From positions 1 to 64,000 of the forward strand of contig JBDRQI010000012.1 in assembly GCA_043826355.1 (NCBI GenBank): DNA of 64,000 nucleotides. Reading direction: 5' to 3'. Numbering within the stretch: position 1 is the first letter of the stretch; each line of letters starts with the position of its first letter. A model generated the notes under the pieces. It saw only the letters and a list, made by a program, of their open reading frames with translations, was not told where the DNA came from and did not search any database. The position numbers and the translations under genes are program-made. The DNA comes from Candidatus Omnitrophota bacterium (GTDB lineage: Bacteria; Ratteibacteria; UBA8468; MWAK01). Of this stretch, positions 46,936 through 55,642 are shown piece after piece.

Positions 46936-48104
46936 ATTTTTTGTTTTAAATTATTATATTCTTCCAAAATTGCGTTGTAGATTGGTTCTTCCGGTTTAAT
47001 CTTACAGACTTCCCGGAGGACGTAACCGGCGCCGTTTTCGGAAATCATTCTTGCCAGGTTAACTGCTTCTTCATCTTCTTTATAATTATAACACAGGGCT
47101 GCCGCAATCGTAAAAATTATATTTTTGGGCTCAATTTCAAAATTGAGGCAGAGCCGGGCTGCGCCGACCAGCCGGTCCTGGGGTCCCAGTTTTCGCAGGG
47201 GCTGACGGCCGACCCGGTAAACGGTATCGCCCAGGGCTTTGTTGGCGAATCTTTGCAACAGGTCGCCGCTGTAATCGTCCAGTTCTTTTCTTGAGAAATG
47301 GTGTTTTTTTATCAAAGCGGCTCCGGCTTCTTCCAGTGTTCCTTCCAGAATTTTGCGGATTTCCGGATGGGCGACCGCTTCCCAGATGTAACAGCAGTTT
47401 TTCCGATAACCGAAATAGGCGCAAACCGCGTGAACCAGGTTATGGACATAGAGTTTCAGTTCTTCGTATGCCTGGATATCCGCTACCGGCAGGAATCCGT
47501 TAATCTCCGGAATCTCTCCCTTGAAGCCGTATTTGGCAACCGGCAGGATTTTATAGGGTTCCACCAGGACCAGGAGCGGTTCTTTTTCCTTCAGTTCCGC
47601 AGGCACCGGCGGCACCATCCGGCTGACCACCGTCTCCACCATTCCGACCTTTTCGGCCAGATAGTTATGTAATTCCGGCGGAAGGTTATGTTTGATTTCC
47701 GCCTTAAGGGTTTTGCCGGCCGAGAGTAGGTTTTCGCAGATGATGATGTTAAGCGGTTGAGGATTTTTGAACGCTGCCCGTCGTGCGATTCCTCTGGCCA
47801 AAAGCGGGGCAATCTTCGGAATATTCCCGACGCCGACTGCGGTTGCCACCAGAGCGGCTTCAGCTAGTTCTTCCGCGACCGCGTCTTTGTTGCCGGCGGA
47901 AACCGCCCGCACGTTTCTGATTTCAAACTTTTCCTTCTCTTCGTCCGAGACGACCCAGAGCGGGTAGGTCTTCTTTTTATTCAGCAGTTCGACGACTGAG
48001 GGTATCGCTTCCACAAAGACGGTTTCGTATCCGGACTCAACGAATAACTGTCCCAGAAAACCCCGGCCGATATTTCCGGCGCCGAAGACCACCGCTTTTT
48101 TCAT
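46932..48104 (-). CDS. mtlD: Mannitol-1-phosphate 5-dehydrogenase-like polyol dehydrogenase
   Basis: FGAGNIGRGF, TAVG, IICEN, V.RMVP, VEPY, KL..HN..H, RF.N..L.D...RVGR.P.RKL...DRL. Confidence 0.85.
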   Translation of the reverse strand: MKKAVVFGAGNIGRGFLGQLFVESGYETVFVEAIPSVVELLNKKKTYPLWVVSDEEKEKFEIRNVRAVSAGNKDAVAEELAEAALVATAVGVGNIPKIAPLLARGIARRAAFKNPQPLNIIICENLLSAGKTLKAEIKHNLPPELHNYLAEKVGMVETVVSRMVPPVPAELKEKEPLLVLVEPYKILPVAKYGFKGEIPEINGFLPVADIQAYEELKLYVHNLVHAVCAYFGYRKNCCYIWEAVAHPEIRKILEGTLEEAGAALIKKHHFSRKELDDYSGDLLQRFANKALGDTVYRVGRQPLRKLGPQDRLVGAARLCLNFEIEPKNIIFTIAAALCYNYKEDEEAVNLARMISENGAGYVLREVCKIKPEEPIYNAILEEYNNLKQKM

Positions 48105-50848
48105 TTCAAAAACGACAACTGGTCCTTTATTCTCTTTTTATTCAGGTACATCAATTCCAGACGGGACTCTTCCCTCTTCACCACTTCCGCTGGTGCTTTC
48201 TTCAGAAATTGCGGGTCTCCGAGCCGAGCCGTAATTTTGGCCATTTCCGCCTCCAACCTTTTAAGTTCTTTGTTCCGTTTCTCCCTTTCTTTGGCGGAGT
48301 CGAAGAGACCGGCCAGCGGCAGGAAGACTTCACCCAGGGTGAGGAGATGGTTGGCTTCCATCTTCTGGCGCTGGTGAGAAGGGTTAATTTGAAGTTCGGC
48401 AAGACCGGATAATTTCACTACATAATTCCGGCATTTTTCGAAGAATGTATATTCTTCACCACTGGCGATGCGTATGGTTGCTTTCACCAACTGCGTTGGC
48501 GGAACTCCAAATTCCCGCTTCAAATCCCTGATGGCGGTGGTTGCCTCTTTCAATAATTTGAACCTGAAATCCAACTTTGGTTGGCTATGGCCGCGGATAC
48601 TAGTTGGCCAGGCGGCAAGCGAGAGGGAGGCCGCTTCATCCTGAATCAAACCTTCTCTCTTCAGCCGGCTCCATATTTCCTCGGTAATAAAGGGCATTAA
48701 AGGGTGAAGCAGGCGCAGGAACCGGTCCAGCGCAAAGACGGCGCAGGCAAGAGAATTTTTATCTTTCTTTTCCTGCCAGTCAATCTTGACCATCTCCAGG
48801 TACCAGTCGCAGTAGGTGTGCCAGAAGAACTGGTAAAGTCCGGCAGCCGCTTCATTCAAACGCAGCGCTTTGAGATTTTTATCAACCGACCGCCGGCACG
48901 CTTCCAGTTCGGAAAGTATCCATCTTTGGCTTAAGGTACGCGCAGAGATATCCGGCAACCCCTCAAACTTTAAACCTTCTTCTTTTGCCCGTCCGATTAC
49001 CAGGCGGCTGGCGTTCCAGATTTTGTTGGCAAAGTTCCGGCCCAACGTAAAACTCTTCCGGCCGATGAAGAGGTCCTGGCCCTGACCGGCGAAGGAAATC
49101 AAACTGAAACGGAGGGCATCCGCGCCGACCTCATTAATTACTTCCAGCGGGTCGATGACGTTTCCGTATGACTTACTCATCTTGCGGCCGGTTTCGTCCC
49201 GGACCGTGCCGTGGATGTAAACCCGGCCGAACGGCAGCGTCCTGGTAAATTCAAGGCCGGCCATCGCCATCCGGGCGACCCAGAAGAAGATTATTTCCGG
49301 CGCGGTGACCAGGATGCTGGTCGGGTAGAAGCGGGCGAGGTCTTTTGTTTTTTCCGGCCAGCCCAAAACGGAAAAGGGCCAGAGCCAGGAAGAGAACCAG
49401 GTATCCAGCACGTCCGGGTCTTGAATTAGTTTGGCAGAGCCGCAATGTGGGCACTTTTCCGGTTTTGTTTTGGAGACAACAGCTCCCTTTTCGTTCGTGT
49501 AGGGGAAGGATTCCATTCCCTCTCGCGGGCTGATCTTCACCAAGTCCGCCTCTGGCGGGAGGGGGTGTAACCCCGCCCCTGCATTTTCGGTCATACAGTT
49601 TTGACAGTAATAGACCGGCAGCCGGTGTCCCCACCAAATCTGGCGGCTGATGCACCAGTCCTCAATATTCTCCAGCCACATTCGGTAAACCTTTTGCCAT
49701 CGGCCGGGATAGAACTTAGGTCTATTTTTTTTGGCCAGAGCCAGGGCCGGTTTGGATAGAGGTTTCATCCGGACAAACCATTGCCGGGAAAGGTACGGTT
49801 CCACGACGGTCTCACAGCGGTAACAGCGACCGACGCTGTGCTGGTAATCCTCAACCTTAACCAGCAGACCGTCTTCTTTGAGCAAAGCCACGGTCTCCTC
49901 CCTGGCCGCAAACCTTTCTTTTCCGGCCAGGGGCCCGGCTTCGGCCGTGAGGATTCCTTTTTCGTCGATGACGGTAATTCCGGGCAGGTTTAAATCACGG
50001 GCCATCTTAAAGTCGTTGGGGTCGTGGTGCGGGGTAATCTTGACCGCTCCGGTGCCGAACCCTTTTTCCACCATCGGGTGCGCTACGATTGGAATCAAAC
50101 GGTTCAGGATGGGCAGAGAAACCTTTTTTCCGATAATTTTTTTGTAGCGGCTGTCTTTCGGGTTGACCGCGACTGCAGTGTCGCCGAAGAGGGTTTCCGG
50201 ACGGGTTGTAGCCACGACTACGCCTTCGGTTCCGCTTTCGCCCGGGTAGCGGATATGATAAAGATGGCTTTCTTCTGTTTCGTGGTCAACTTCCTCGTTA
50301 GCCAGGGCGGTGGTGCACCTGGGGCACCAGTTGACGATGTAATCGCCCCGGTAGATAAGTTTCTTTTGGTAAAGGGAGATAAATGCTTCGGCGACCGCGG
50401 CGCTTAAACCCTCATCCATGGTGAATCTTTCCCTTTGCCAGTCGCAGGAAGCGCCCAGTTTTTTCAGTTGTTCGGTGATGGCGCCGCCGCGCTGCTCTTT
50501 CCAGCGCCAGACCTCTTTAATGAACTTTTCCCGACCCAGGTCATCTCTTTTCCGGCCCTGTTCCAGAAGGGAGCGCTCCACCACGTTCTGGGTGGCGATG
50601 CCGGCGTGGTCGGTTCCCGGAACCCAGAGGGTGTTAAGACCGGACATCCGCGCCTGGCGTACAATCACGTCCTGGATGGTGTTGTTCAGCGCATGGCCGA
50701 TATGGAGGACGCCGGTTACGTTGGGCGGGGGGATAACAATGACAAATGGTTCTTTCGGGGAATCAGCGTTTGCGTGGAAAAAATCGTTTTCCCGGTATAT
50801 TTTCAGCCATTTTTCTTCAACCTCTTTGGCGCTATATTGTTTTTCCAT
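48101..50848 (-). CDS. valS: Valine--tRNA ligase with an in-frame repeat-derived insertion
   Basis: PPPNVTG.LHIGH, DHAGIATQ, WCISRQIWWGH, DVLDTWFSS, KMSKS, C-terminal coiled coil; ATG 50848 preferred to the ORF-track start. Confidence 0.97.
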   Translation of the reverse strand: MEKQYSAKEVEEKWLKIYRENDFFHANADSPKEPFVIVIPPPNVTGVLHIGHALNNTIQDVIVRQARMSGLNTLWVPGTDHAGIATQNVVERSLLEQGRKRDDLGREKFIKEVWRWKEQRGGAITEQLKKLGASCDWQRERFTMDEGLSAAVAEAFISLYQKKLIYRGDYIVNWCPRCTTALANEEVDHETEESHLYHIRYPGESGTEGVVVATTRPETLFGDTAVAVNPKDSRYKKIIGKKVSLPILNRLIPIVAHPMVEKGFGTGAVKITPHHDPNDFKMARDLNLPGITVIDEKGILTAEAGPLAGKERFAAREETVALLKEDGLLVKVEDYQHSVGRCYRCETVVEPYLSRQWFVRMKPLSKPALALAKKNRPKFYPGRWQKVYRMWLENIEDWCISRQIWWGHRLPVYYCQNCMTENAGAGLHPLPPEADLVKISPREGMESFPYTNEKGAVVSKTKPEKCPHCGSAKLIQDPDVLDTWFSSWLWPFSVLGWPEKTKDLARFYPTSILVTAPEIIFFWVARMAMAGLEFTRTLPFGRVYIHGTVRDETGRKMSKSYGNVIDPLEVINEVGADALRFSLISFAGQGQDLFIGRKSFTLGRNFANKIWNASRLVIGRAKEEGLKFEGLPDISARTLSQRWILSELEACRRSVDKNLKALRLNEAAAGLYQFFWHTYCDWYLEMVKIDWQEKKDKNSLACAVFALDRFLRLLHPLMPFITEEIWSRLKREGLIQDEAASLSLAAWPTSIRGHSQPKLDFRFKLLKEATTAIRDLKREFGVPPTQLVKATIRIASGEEYTFFEKCRNYVVKLSGLAELQINPSHQRQKMEANHLLTLGEVFLPLAGLFDSAKEREKRNKELKRLEAEMAKITARLGDPQFLKKAPAEVVKREESRLELMYLNKKRIKDQLSFLK
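49499..49582. repeat. GTAG-tagged REP doublet (family A) in frame inside valS
   Basis: GTAGgggaaggattccattccctctc...tccgcctctggcgg-gagggggtgtaaccccgcccCTGC; 84 nt = 28 codons. Confidence 0.9.
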
Positions 50849-50948
50849 GTTTCCATGATTGTAAATTATACTGTTTTTCCATAACTTGACCATAATTTAA
50901 TTAGCATAACCCGAAACGCATCTTTTCGTCAATTGAAACAGGGATGAT

Positions 50949-50977
50949 TTGATGAAGATTAATTTTTCGGGTAAGAT
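50949..50977 (+). promoter_or_regulatory. Putative sigma70 promoter for the lipoprotein gene
   Basis: TTGATG-17 nt-TAAGAT. Confidence 0.5.
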
Positions 50978-51012
50978 AATTGTCGTAAGGGTTGGCCGGG
51001 GGGGGGGTAAAA

Positions 51013-51351
51013 ATGAAAAACATTGCATTGTTTTTGGTGGTTATCTTTTTAGCGGTTTGGCTAAGCGCATGCGGTAAAAAGCCGGCGCCGGCGTCTGATG
51101 AGGGCCTTAACCCGGCAAACGCCATAGAAAAATACGGCGGGGTGATAGGGAAGACTTACAAAAGAGCAAAATCTTTTGACGTTCTCCTCTCTTTGAAGCA
51201 CGATATCACATCTTTCCAGACCGAGCAAGGGCGTTGGCCGTCCTCACTCCAGGAACTGGTAGAAAAAGGGTACACCAAGGAATTGCCGAGTCCGCCGGAA
51301 GGTATGAAGTTCAGTTATAACCCGCAGAACGGTTCGATACGGCTGGAGTAG
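51013..51351 (+). CDS. Small lipoprotein with pseudopilin(GspG)-like C-terminal motif
   Basis: MKN..hydrophobic..LSA-C lipobox; F..E.GRWP.SL.ELV.KGY..ELP.PP.G..F.YNP..G.I. Confidence 0.7.
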   Translation: MKNIALFLVVIFLAVWLSACGKKPAPASDEGLNPANAIEKYGGVIGKTYKRAKSFDVLLSLKHDITSFQTEQGRWPSSLQELVEKGYTKELPSPPEGMKFSYNPQNGSIRLE

Positions 51352-51437
51352 GATTGTTTTCCCGTTTTTTTTTGAAGACATACAAACGGGACTTTTTCTA
51401 ACCGGAGGCAAGGATACGAATAATTATAATTACCTAA

Positions 51438-51458
51438 TTCTTTATTTCAAATAAAGAA
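51438..51458. promoter_or_regulatory. Perfect 10-1-10 palindrome just downstream of a TATAAT box (operator candidate)
   Basis: ttctttattt-c-aaataaagaa; TATAAT at 51425-51430. Confidence 0.55.
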
Positions 51459-51498
51459 AGGAACAGCCGCTCGTTGAAAACCAAGGGAGGAAATTAGG

Positions 51499-52380
51499 AT
51501 GGACAAGCAATTTAAGTACGCGGTTAATACAAACAGCCTGAATGGTATGAGTTTTCAGGATGTAATAAAATTGTGCACAAAGGTCGGAGCGGACGGTGTT
51601 GAATGGGGGCTTTCTTCTCTGGATAAGGCCGCATCCGCCGCAAAGGAAATGTATCGGGCGACCATGGATGCGGGCCTGGAAATATGCAGTTATCTCAATG
51701 CTGGGCACTTGTGGAAAACCGAATTCATCAGGCGCTGGAGCGACGCCATCAAACCTGCCGGCGGAAAGGTTCTCAGGGTCGCACCGCCTTGGTATGCGTA
51801 TAATTTTGAGGAATCATTACACCAAAGGGATTCTTATCTTGACCTCATCAAGAGAACCCGGGAAGGTCTTGAAAAACTTGTGCCGCTCGGGAAGGAGTAC
51901 GGGATTAAATATGTAGTAGAAATTCACTCCGCCAGTATCTGCGCCTCCATTCCGATCGCCAGGCAGCTGATGGATGGCCTGGACAGCGGTTGCGTCGGCA
52001 TCATCTACGACCCGGCGAACGCTTTGATAGAAGGCGGCATTCTCCCCCGGGGCGCGGTTGAAGTTATGGGGTCGTACCTGACTTACGTTCACGCCAAGAA
52101 CATCGCCTTTTCTTACGTAGGGCAGCAATTACAGGGCAAGGTTCGGCGGGCCGAGTGGAGCCCCAGGACCTGTTCCCTTGAGTATGGAGCGCTCGATTGG
52201 TTTCTGGTATTCTTCGCCCTGAAACTTGCTAATTATCACGGTTGGATATCTTTTGAAGAGTTCTTCCGGAATTCGTCGTATATTGAAGTGGAATTGGCGA
52301 ATGCGGTCCGGTTCTCAAAACTATGCGCGGAGCATGCTCCCTCGCAACCCGAAGAACCTTTCACCACGTTCAACGAGTAA
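51499..52380 (+). CDS. Sugar phosphate isomerase/epimerase (TIM barrel)
   Basis: GADGVEW, VEIH, YDPAN, VHAKN, Y.GWISFE; GGAGG SD. Confidence 0.85.
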   Translation: MDKQFKYAVNTNSLNGMSFQDVIKLCTKVGADGVEWGLSSLDKAASAAKEMYRATMDAGLEICSYLNAGHLWKTEFIRRWSDAIKPAGGKVLRVAPPWYAYNFEESLHQRDSYLDLIKRTREGLEKLVPLGKEYGIKYVVEIHSASICASIPIARQLMDGLDSGCVGIIYDPANALIEGGILPRGAVEVMGSYLTYVHAKNIAFSYVGQQLQGKVRRAEWSPRTCSLEYGALDWFLVFFALKLANYHGWISFEEFFRNSSYIEVELANAVRFSKLCAEHAPSQPEEPFTTFNE

Positions 52381-52410
52381 AGAAGACTTTTTAATATCCT
52401 GAAGAACGGG

Positions 52411-52515
52411 ATGGGGTTAGAAAAAAACTTCAAAATTACCGTTTGCGCTCTGGGACGCATCGGGTGGCGTCATGCGAAGGCCGGGCAGGCTGCCCCGGGA
52501 TTATCGCTTACGGTT
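52411..52515 (+). pseudogene. N-terminal remnant of a Gfo/Idh/MocA-type oxidoreductase
   Basis: Manual translation MGLEKNFKITVCALGRIGWRHAKAGQAAPGLSLTV (decayed GxGxxG..H Rossmann start) collides with the lepB 3' end. Confidence 0.55.
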
Positions 52516-53011
52516 ACTTTATTTTACCAAGGCGGTTCAGAGGCCAATAGCGAAAGATAACCTTTCCGCGCAGATCGCGGGCCGGTAGAAATCCCCAGAC
52601 GGTACTGTCATCGCTGTTATTTCGGTTATCGCCTAAAACAAAGAGTTTGTCCGGCGGCACCTGGGCCGGACCGTATTTATAAATGATAAAACTTTCCTTC
52701 AGGTAGGATTCATCCATTGATTTGCCGTTTAGATAGAGCTGTCCGCCGGTAATTGCCACGACATCCCCGGGTAGTCCGATTACCCTCTTTACCAGGTACG
52801 TTTCCGCGTTTTCCGGATTTTTGAAGATAATGATGTCGTCTCTTTTTAGAATCCCTGTTTTTATCAGTACCGTCCTGTCCCCGGGTCGGATGGTCGGTTC
52901 CATGGATCGGGTATCGGTATAAAAGAACCCGCCCTTTTTCACGCTGAAGAAGAAGAACGCGGAGACAAAAAAAGCGAGAATAACTGCGTACTTAACAATC
53001 TCTTTAAACAT
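52514..53011 (-). CDS. lepB: Signal peptidase I
   Basis: SMEPTI.PGD, LVKRVIGLPGD, FVLGDNRNNSDDS..WG, RYWP. Confidence 0.93.
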   Translation of the reverse strand: MFKEIVKYAVILAFFVSAFFFFSVKKGGFFYTDTRSMEPTIRPGDRTVLIKTGILKRDDIIIFKNPENAETYLVKRVIGLPGDVVAITGGQLYLNGKSMDESYLKESFIIYKYGPAQVPPDKLFVLGDNRNNSDDSTVWGFLPARDLRGKVIFRYWPLNRLGKIK

Positions 53012-53021
53012 AAAGGACGCC

Positions 53022-53516
53022 TCAACGCAGTTTATTTTTCATTACCGAAAGGTCGACCAGGTGTTGCTTTTCTTCGCTGATAATCTTTTTGATAATCTCC
53101 TGTATTTTTAAATCTTTCGCCGGTACGAAGGCTTCAATTTCGCGAAAGAGGAAGAGGGTGCTTCTTTCAAACATAAGCGCAATATTGATTGCGGCCAGGT
53201 CGTCTTTCCGCGCCGCTGCAACCATAAATTCCGCTTTGTCCTCCTCCGGAAACATGCGGCCTTCCATCAGCGCGTTCAGGTAGGAATCGTATTCGCCCGG
53301 ATAGTTTTCCACCGGCTGATAATCTCCCAGGGAATCAAGCAGTTCGGTGAATAGTTTTTCGTGGTATTTTTCTACGCTTGACAGGCGTCCGGTCAGCTTT
53401 CGTACTTCTTCTGCCTGGGCGTTTCGGGAAAGGAAAAGGTAGTAATCGTAACCGGCCTGTTCCTCCCGGACCGCCATTTTCAGCATCTCCCGGATATCAA
53501 ATAGATTGGCCATCAT
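53022..53516 (-). CDS. Ferritin-like (rubrerythrin-family) protein
   Basis: A...E..G..YY, E.YH, A..FE, EE..H di-iron pattern. Confidence 0.85.
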   Translation of the reverse strand: MMANLFDIREMLKMAVREEQAGYDYYLFLSRNAQAEEVRKLTGRLSSVEKYHEKLFTELLDSLGDYQPVENYPGEYDSYLNALMEGRMFPEEDKAEFMVAAARKDDLAAINIALMFERSTLFLFREIEAFVPAKDLKIQEIIKKIISEEKQHLVDLSVMKNKLR

Positions 53517-53584
53517 GCCTCCGCCTTAAGTTTGTGCGCTTGCGCATGAACAGCGATAATTTTGGTTTCAAATAATACTTTATT

Positions 53585-53613
53585 ATAATAGCACAATGCG
53601 GGGCTGTTGTAAA
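53585..53613 (-). promoter_or_regulatory. Putative promoter for the ferritin-like gene
   Basis: TTTACA-17 nt-(TGc)TATTAT. Confidence 0.5.
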
Positions 53614-53697
53614 AATAACTTTTCCCGATTTATGCTATAATTTAACATTTTTACGCAGGAGGCGGACACGGTCCGCGGGTACGGCAGATTGTAATAT

Positions 53698-54435
53698 ATG
53701 CTCAACTTAACCTTTTTCCAGTGGTTGGTGGCAGCGCTCTCGGCAGTTATGATTGGACTTTCCAAGACCGGCCTGCCCGGCATTGGAATTCTGGCAATTC
53801 CCCTTATGGCCTGGGTGCTGCCGGCCCGCGCCTCGACCGGCGTTGTTCTGCCGATGCTGATTTTTGCCGACTTGTTTGCGGTCGGTTATTACCGTCGTTT
53901 CGCGGTGTGGTCCAAATTAGCCCGTCTTTTACCCTGGGCGGCAGTCGGTGTCTTCCTGGGTTATCTGGCGCTGGGGAGGGTTAACGACCAGCAGTTAAAA
54001 CCGATAATCGGTGGAATAGTCCTGGTGATGCTGGCCCTTAACTTATTGCACAATTCCGGCAAAGAAGACCGGCCTGTCCCCGCCCGCTGGTGGTTTGCCG
54101 TCCTGTTCGGCCTCCTGGCCGGCGTAACCACCATGATGGCCAACGCGGCGGGTCCGGTAATGGCCATCTATCTCCTGGCGATGCGGCTGTCCAAGAACGA
54201 GTTTATCGGCACCGGCGCCTGGTACTTTCTGCTGGTCAACTGGTTCAAGGTTCCTTTCAGCGCTCACCTGGGGCTGATTAACAGCCAGTCGCTTCAATTC
54301 AACCTGGTCTTATTTCCGCTGGTTGCTCTCGGCGCTTTGGCCGGGATAAAATTGCTAAAGCATACTCCCGAGAAGATTTTTAATCATTTCGTCCAGGGCC
54401 TGGCTGCTCTGGCCGCGGTAAATTTATTGTTTTAG
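53698..54435 (+). CDS. Sulfite exporter TauE/SafE family membrane protein
   Basis: GLSKTG.PG.G....P, STG..LP.LI.AD, G..T...NAAGP....Y, N..KVP. Confidence 0.88.
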   Translation: MLNLTFFQWLVAALSAVMIGLSKTGLPGIGILAIPLMAWVLPARASTGVVLPMLIFADLFAVGYYRRFAVWSKLARLLPWAAVGVFLGYLALGRVNDQQLKPIIGGIVLVMLALNLLHNSGKEDRPVPARWWFAVLFGLLAGVTTMMANAAGPVMAIYLLAMRLSKNEFIGTGAWYFLLVNWFKVPFSAHLGLINSQSLQFNLVLFPLVALGALAGIKLLKHTPEKIFNHFVQGLAALAAVNLLF

Positions 54436-54445
54436 GGTATAAACA

Positions 54446-55642
54446 ATGCTGAAAATTATTAATAATTTCCTGCGCAAGAAATACTGGATTTATGTCTTTC
54501 CGGCGCTGATGGATGTCTCGGTCGCCTTCTTGCTTCTGCTGGTGTCGGTAAAAGCGGTTCAGATGGGTACGGCTCCGTTTAAACTGGGCATATTGGGGTC
54601 CACCTGGGGAGTCAGTTATTTTGTTTCAAACCTGGTCCTGAGCCGCTTCGCCCACAAACGAACGTCAAACTTATTCATGGTCCTGGGCTGTCTGTTTTTT
54701 ATCGCCATTGCGCCGGGGTTTGTCTTTTTCCGTTCCCTCACCGCTCTTTTTATCCTGGCGTTCCTGGTCGGTCCGGCAACCGCCTTCTTTTTTATCGGGT
54801 TTCAACTTTTTATGGGTGAAGGCGCCAACCTTTCAGTGCTTAAAAGCACGGCATTTTATACCTTCGGCTGGAGCACCGGGATTGCCTTTGGTTCTTTAAT
54901 TGCCGGTACCATGGCCGGTCTTCCGTTGGTCATTTCAGTTTTACCGGTAGTGGCAAGTTCACTCTTGATTATCGCCGGGCTTCGCTTCGTCGGAAAGTTT
55001 TCCTCCCAAAGGCGGGAAGGAGACAAGAAGGAAAAGAGCCATGCTTTTTCCGGTCTGGGTAAGACAATATCCCCGAAGACGGAAAAGGCCTATCTGCTCC
55101 TGGGCTGGGTCGGTATCGTCACCGTCTCTATTATCAGCGGAGGCATAAGATTTCTGATGCCTAAATTGATTATCGATTTTTTCGGTCTTTCCGCGGCCGT
55201 TGCCGGCACACTGCTCTTTCTCTCTTTTGCCATTCAGGCGGTTTTTGGGCTTTTCCTGATGAAATTTCCGGGGTGGCGCTATAATTTCAAGGCCCATTCC
55301 CGGTTAGAACTGTCAGGGCTTATCGGGGTTTTTCTCGCTCTGCTAATCTCCGGTTTAGCCGGGGTGATTATTCTGGCGGTGGTTGTTGGAATCTATTCCG
55401 GGCACGCTTTTTACAACGGCGTATTCTATTCCCTCTGCCCGCACCGCAAAAGCGGCCGCAACATCAGCGTTAACGAATCGCTGGTGGGAATCTCCGGCAT
55501 CCTCGGACCGCTCATTCTGGGTGCGTCCCTCCAGGCCGGAATCAGTTACTTTTTTCTCGCCCCGGTTTTGCTGATAGCAACCACCTGCTTCATCCAGACA
55601 TTTTTGGCCCGGCCGGCTACTTTACCAAACGCTTCTTCATAA
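54446..55642 (+). CDS. MFS transporter
   Basis: About 12 hydrophobic segments with a central hydrophilic loop; NES.VG..G.LGP..LG. Confidence 0.8.
   Translation: MLKIINNFLRKKYWIYVFPALMDVSVAFLLLLVSVKAVQMGTAPFKLGILGSTWGVSYFVSNLVLSRFAHKRTSNLFMVLGCLFFIAIAPGFVFFRSLTALFILAFLVGPATAFFFIGFQLFMGEGANLSVLKSTAFYTFGWSTGIAFGSLIAGTMAGLPLVISVLPVVASSLLIIAGLRFVGKFSSQRREGDKKEKSHAFSGLGKTISPKTEKAYLLLGWVGIVTVSIISGGIRFLMPKLIIDFFGLSAAVAGTLLFLSFAIQAVFGLFLMKFPGWRYNFKAHSRLELSGLIGVFLALLISGLAGVIILAVVVGIYSGHAFYNGVFYSLCPHRKSGRNISVNESLVGISGILGPLILGASLQAGISYFFLAPVLLIATTCFIQTFLARPATLPNASS

Noticed and set aside
53554..53586. Fur/PerR box upstream of the ferritin-like gene
   Set aside because: The ATAAT/ATTAT half-sites are spaced differently from the 7-1-7 consensus and the region is AT-rich, so a chance match is likely.
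55617..55642. Convergent 26-nt overlap of the MFS and ABC permease genes as an antisense control system
   Set aside because: Short 3' overlaps are common in compact genomes and nothing else supports a regulatory role.
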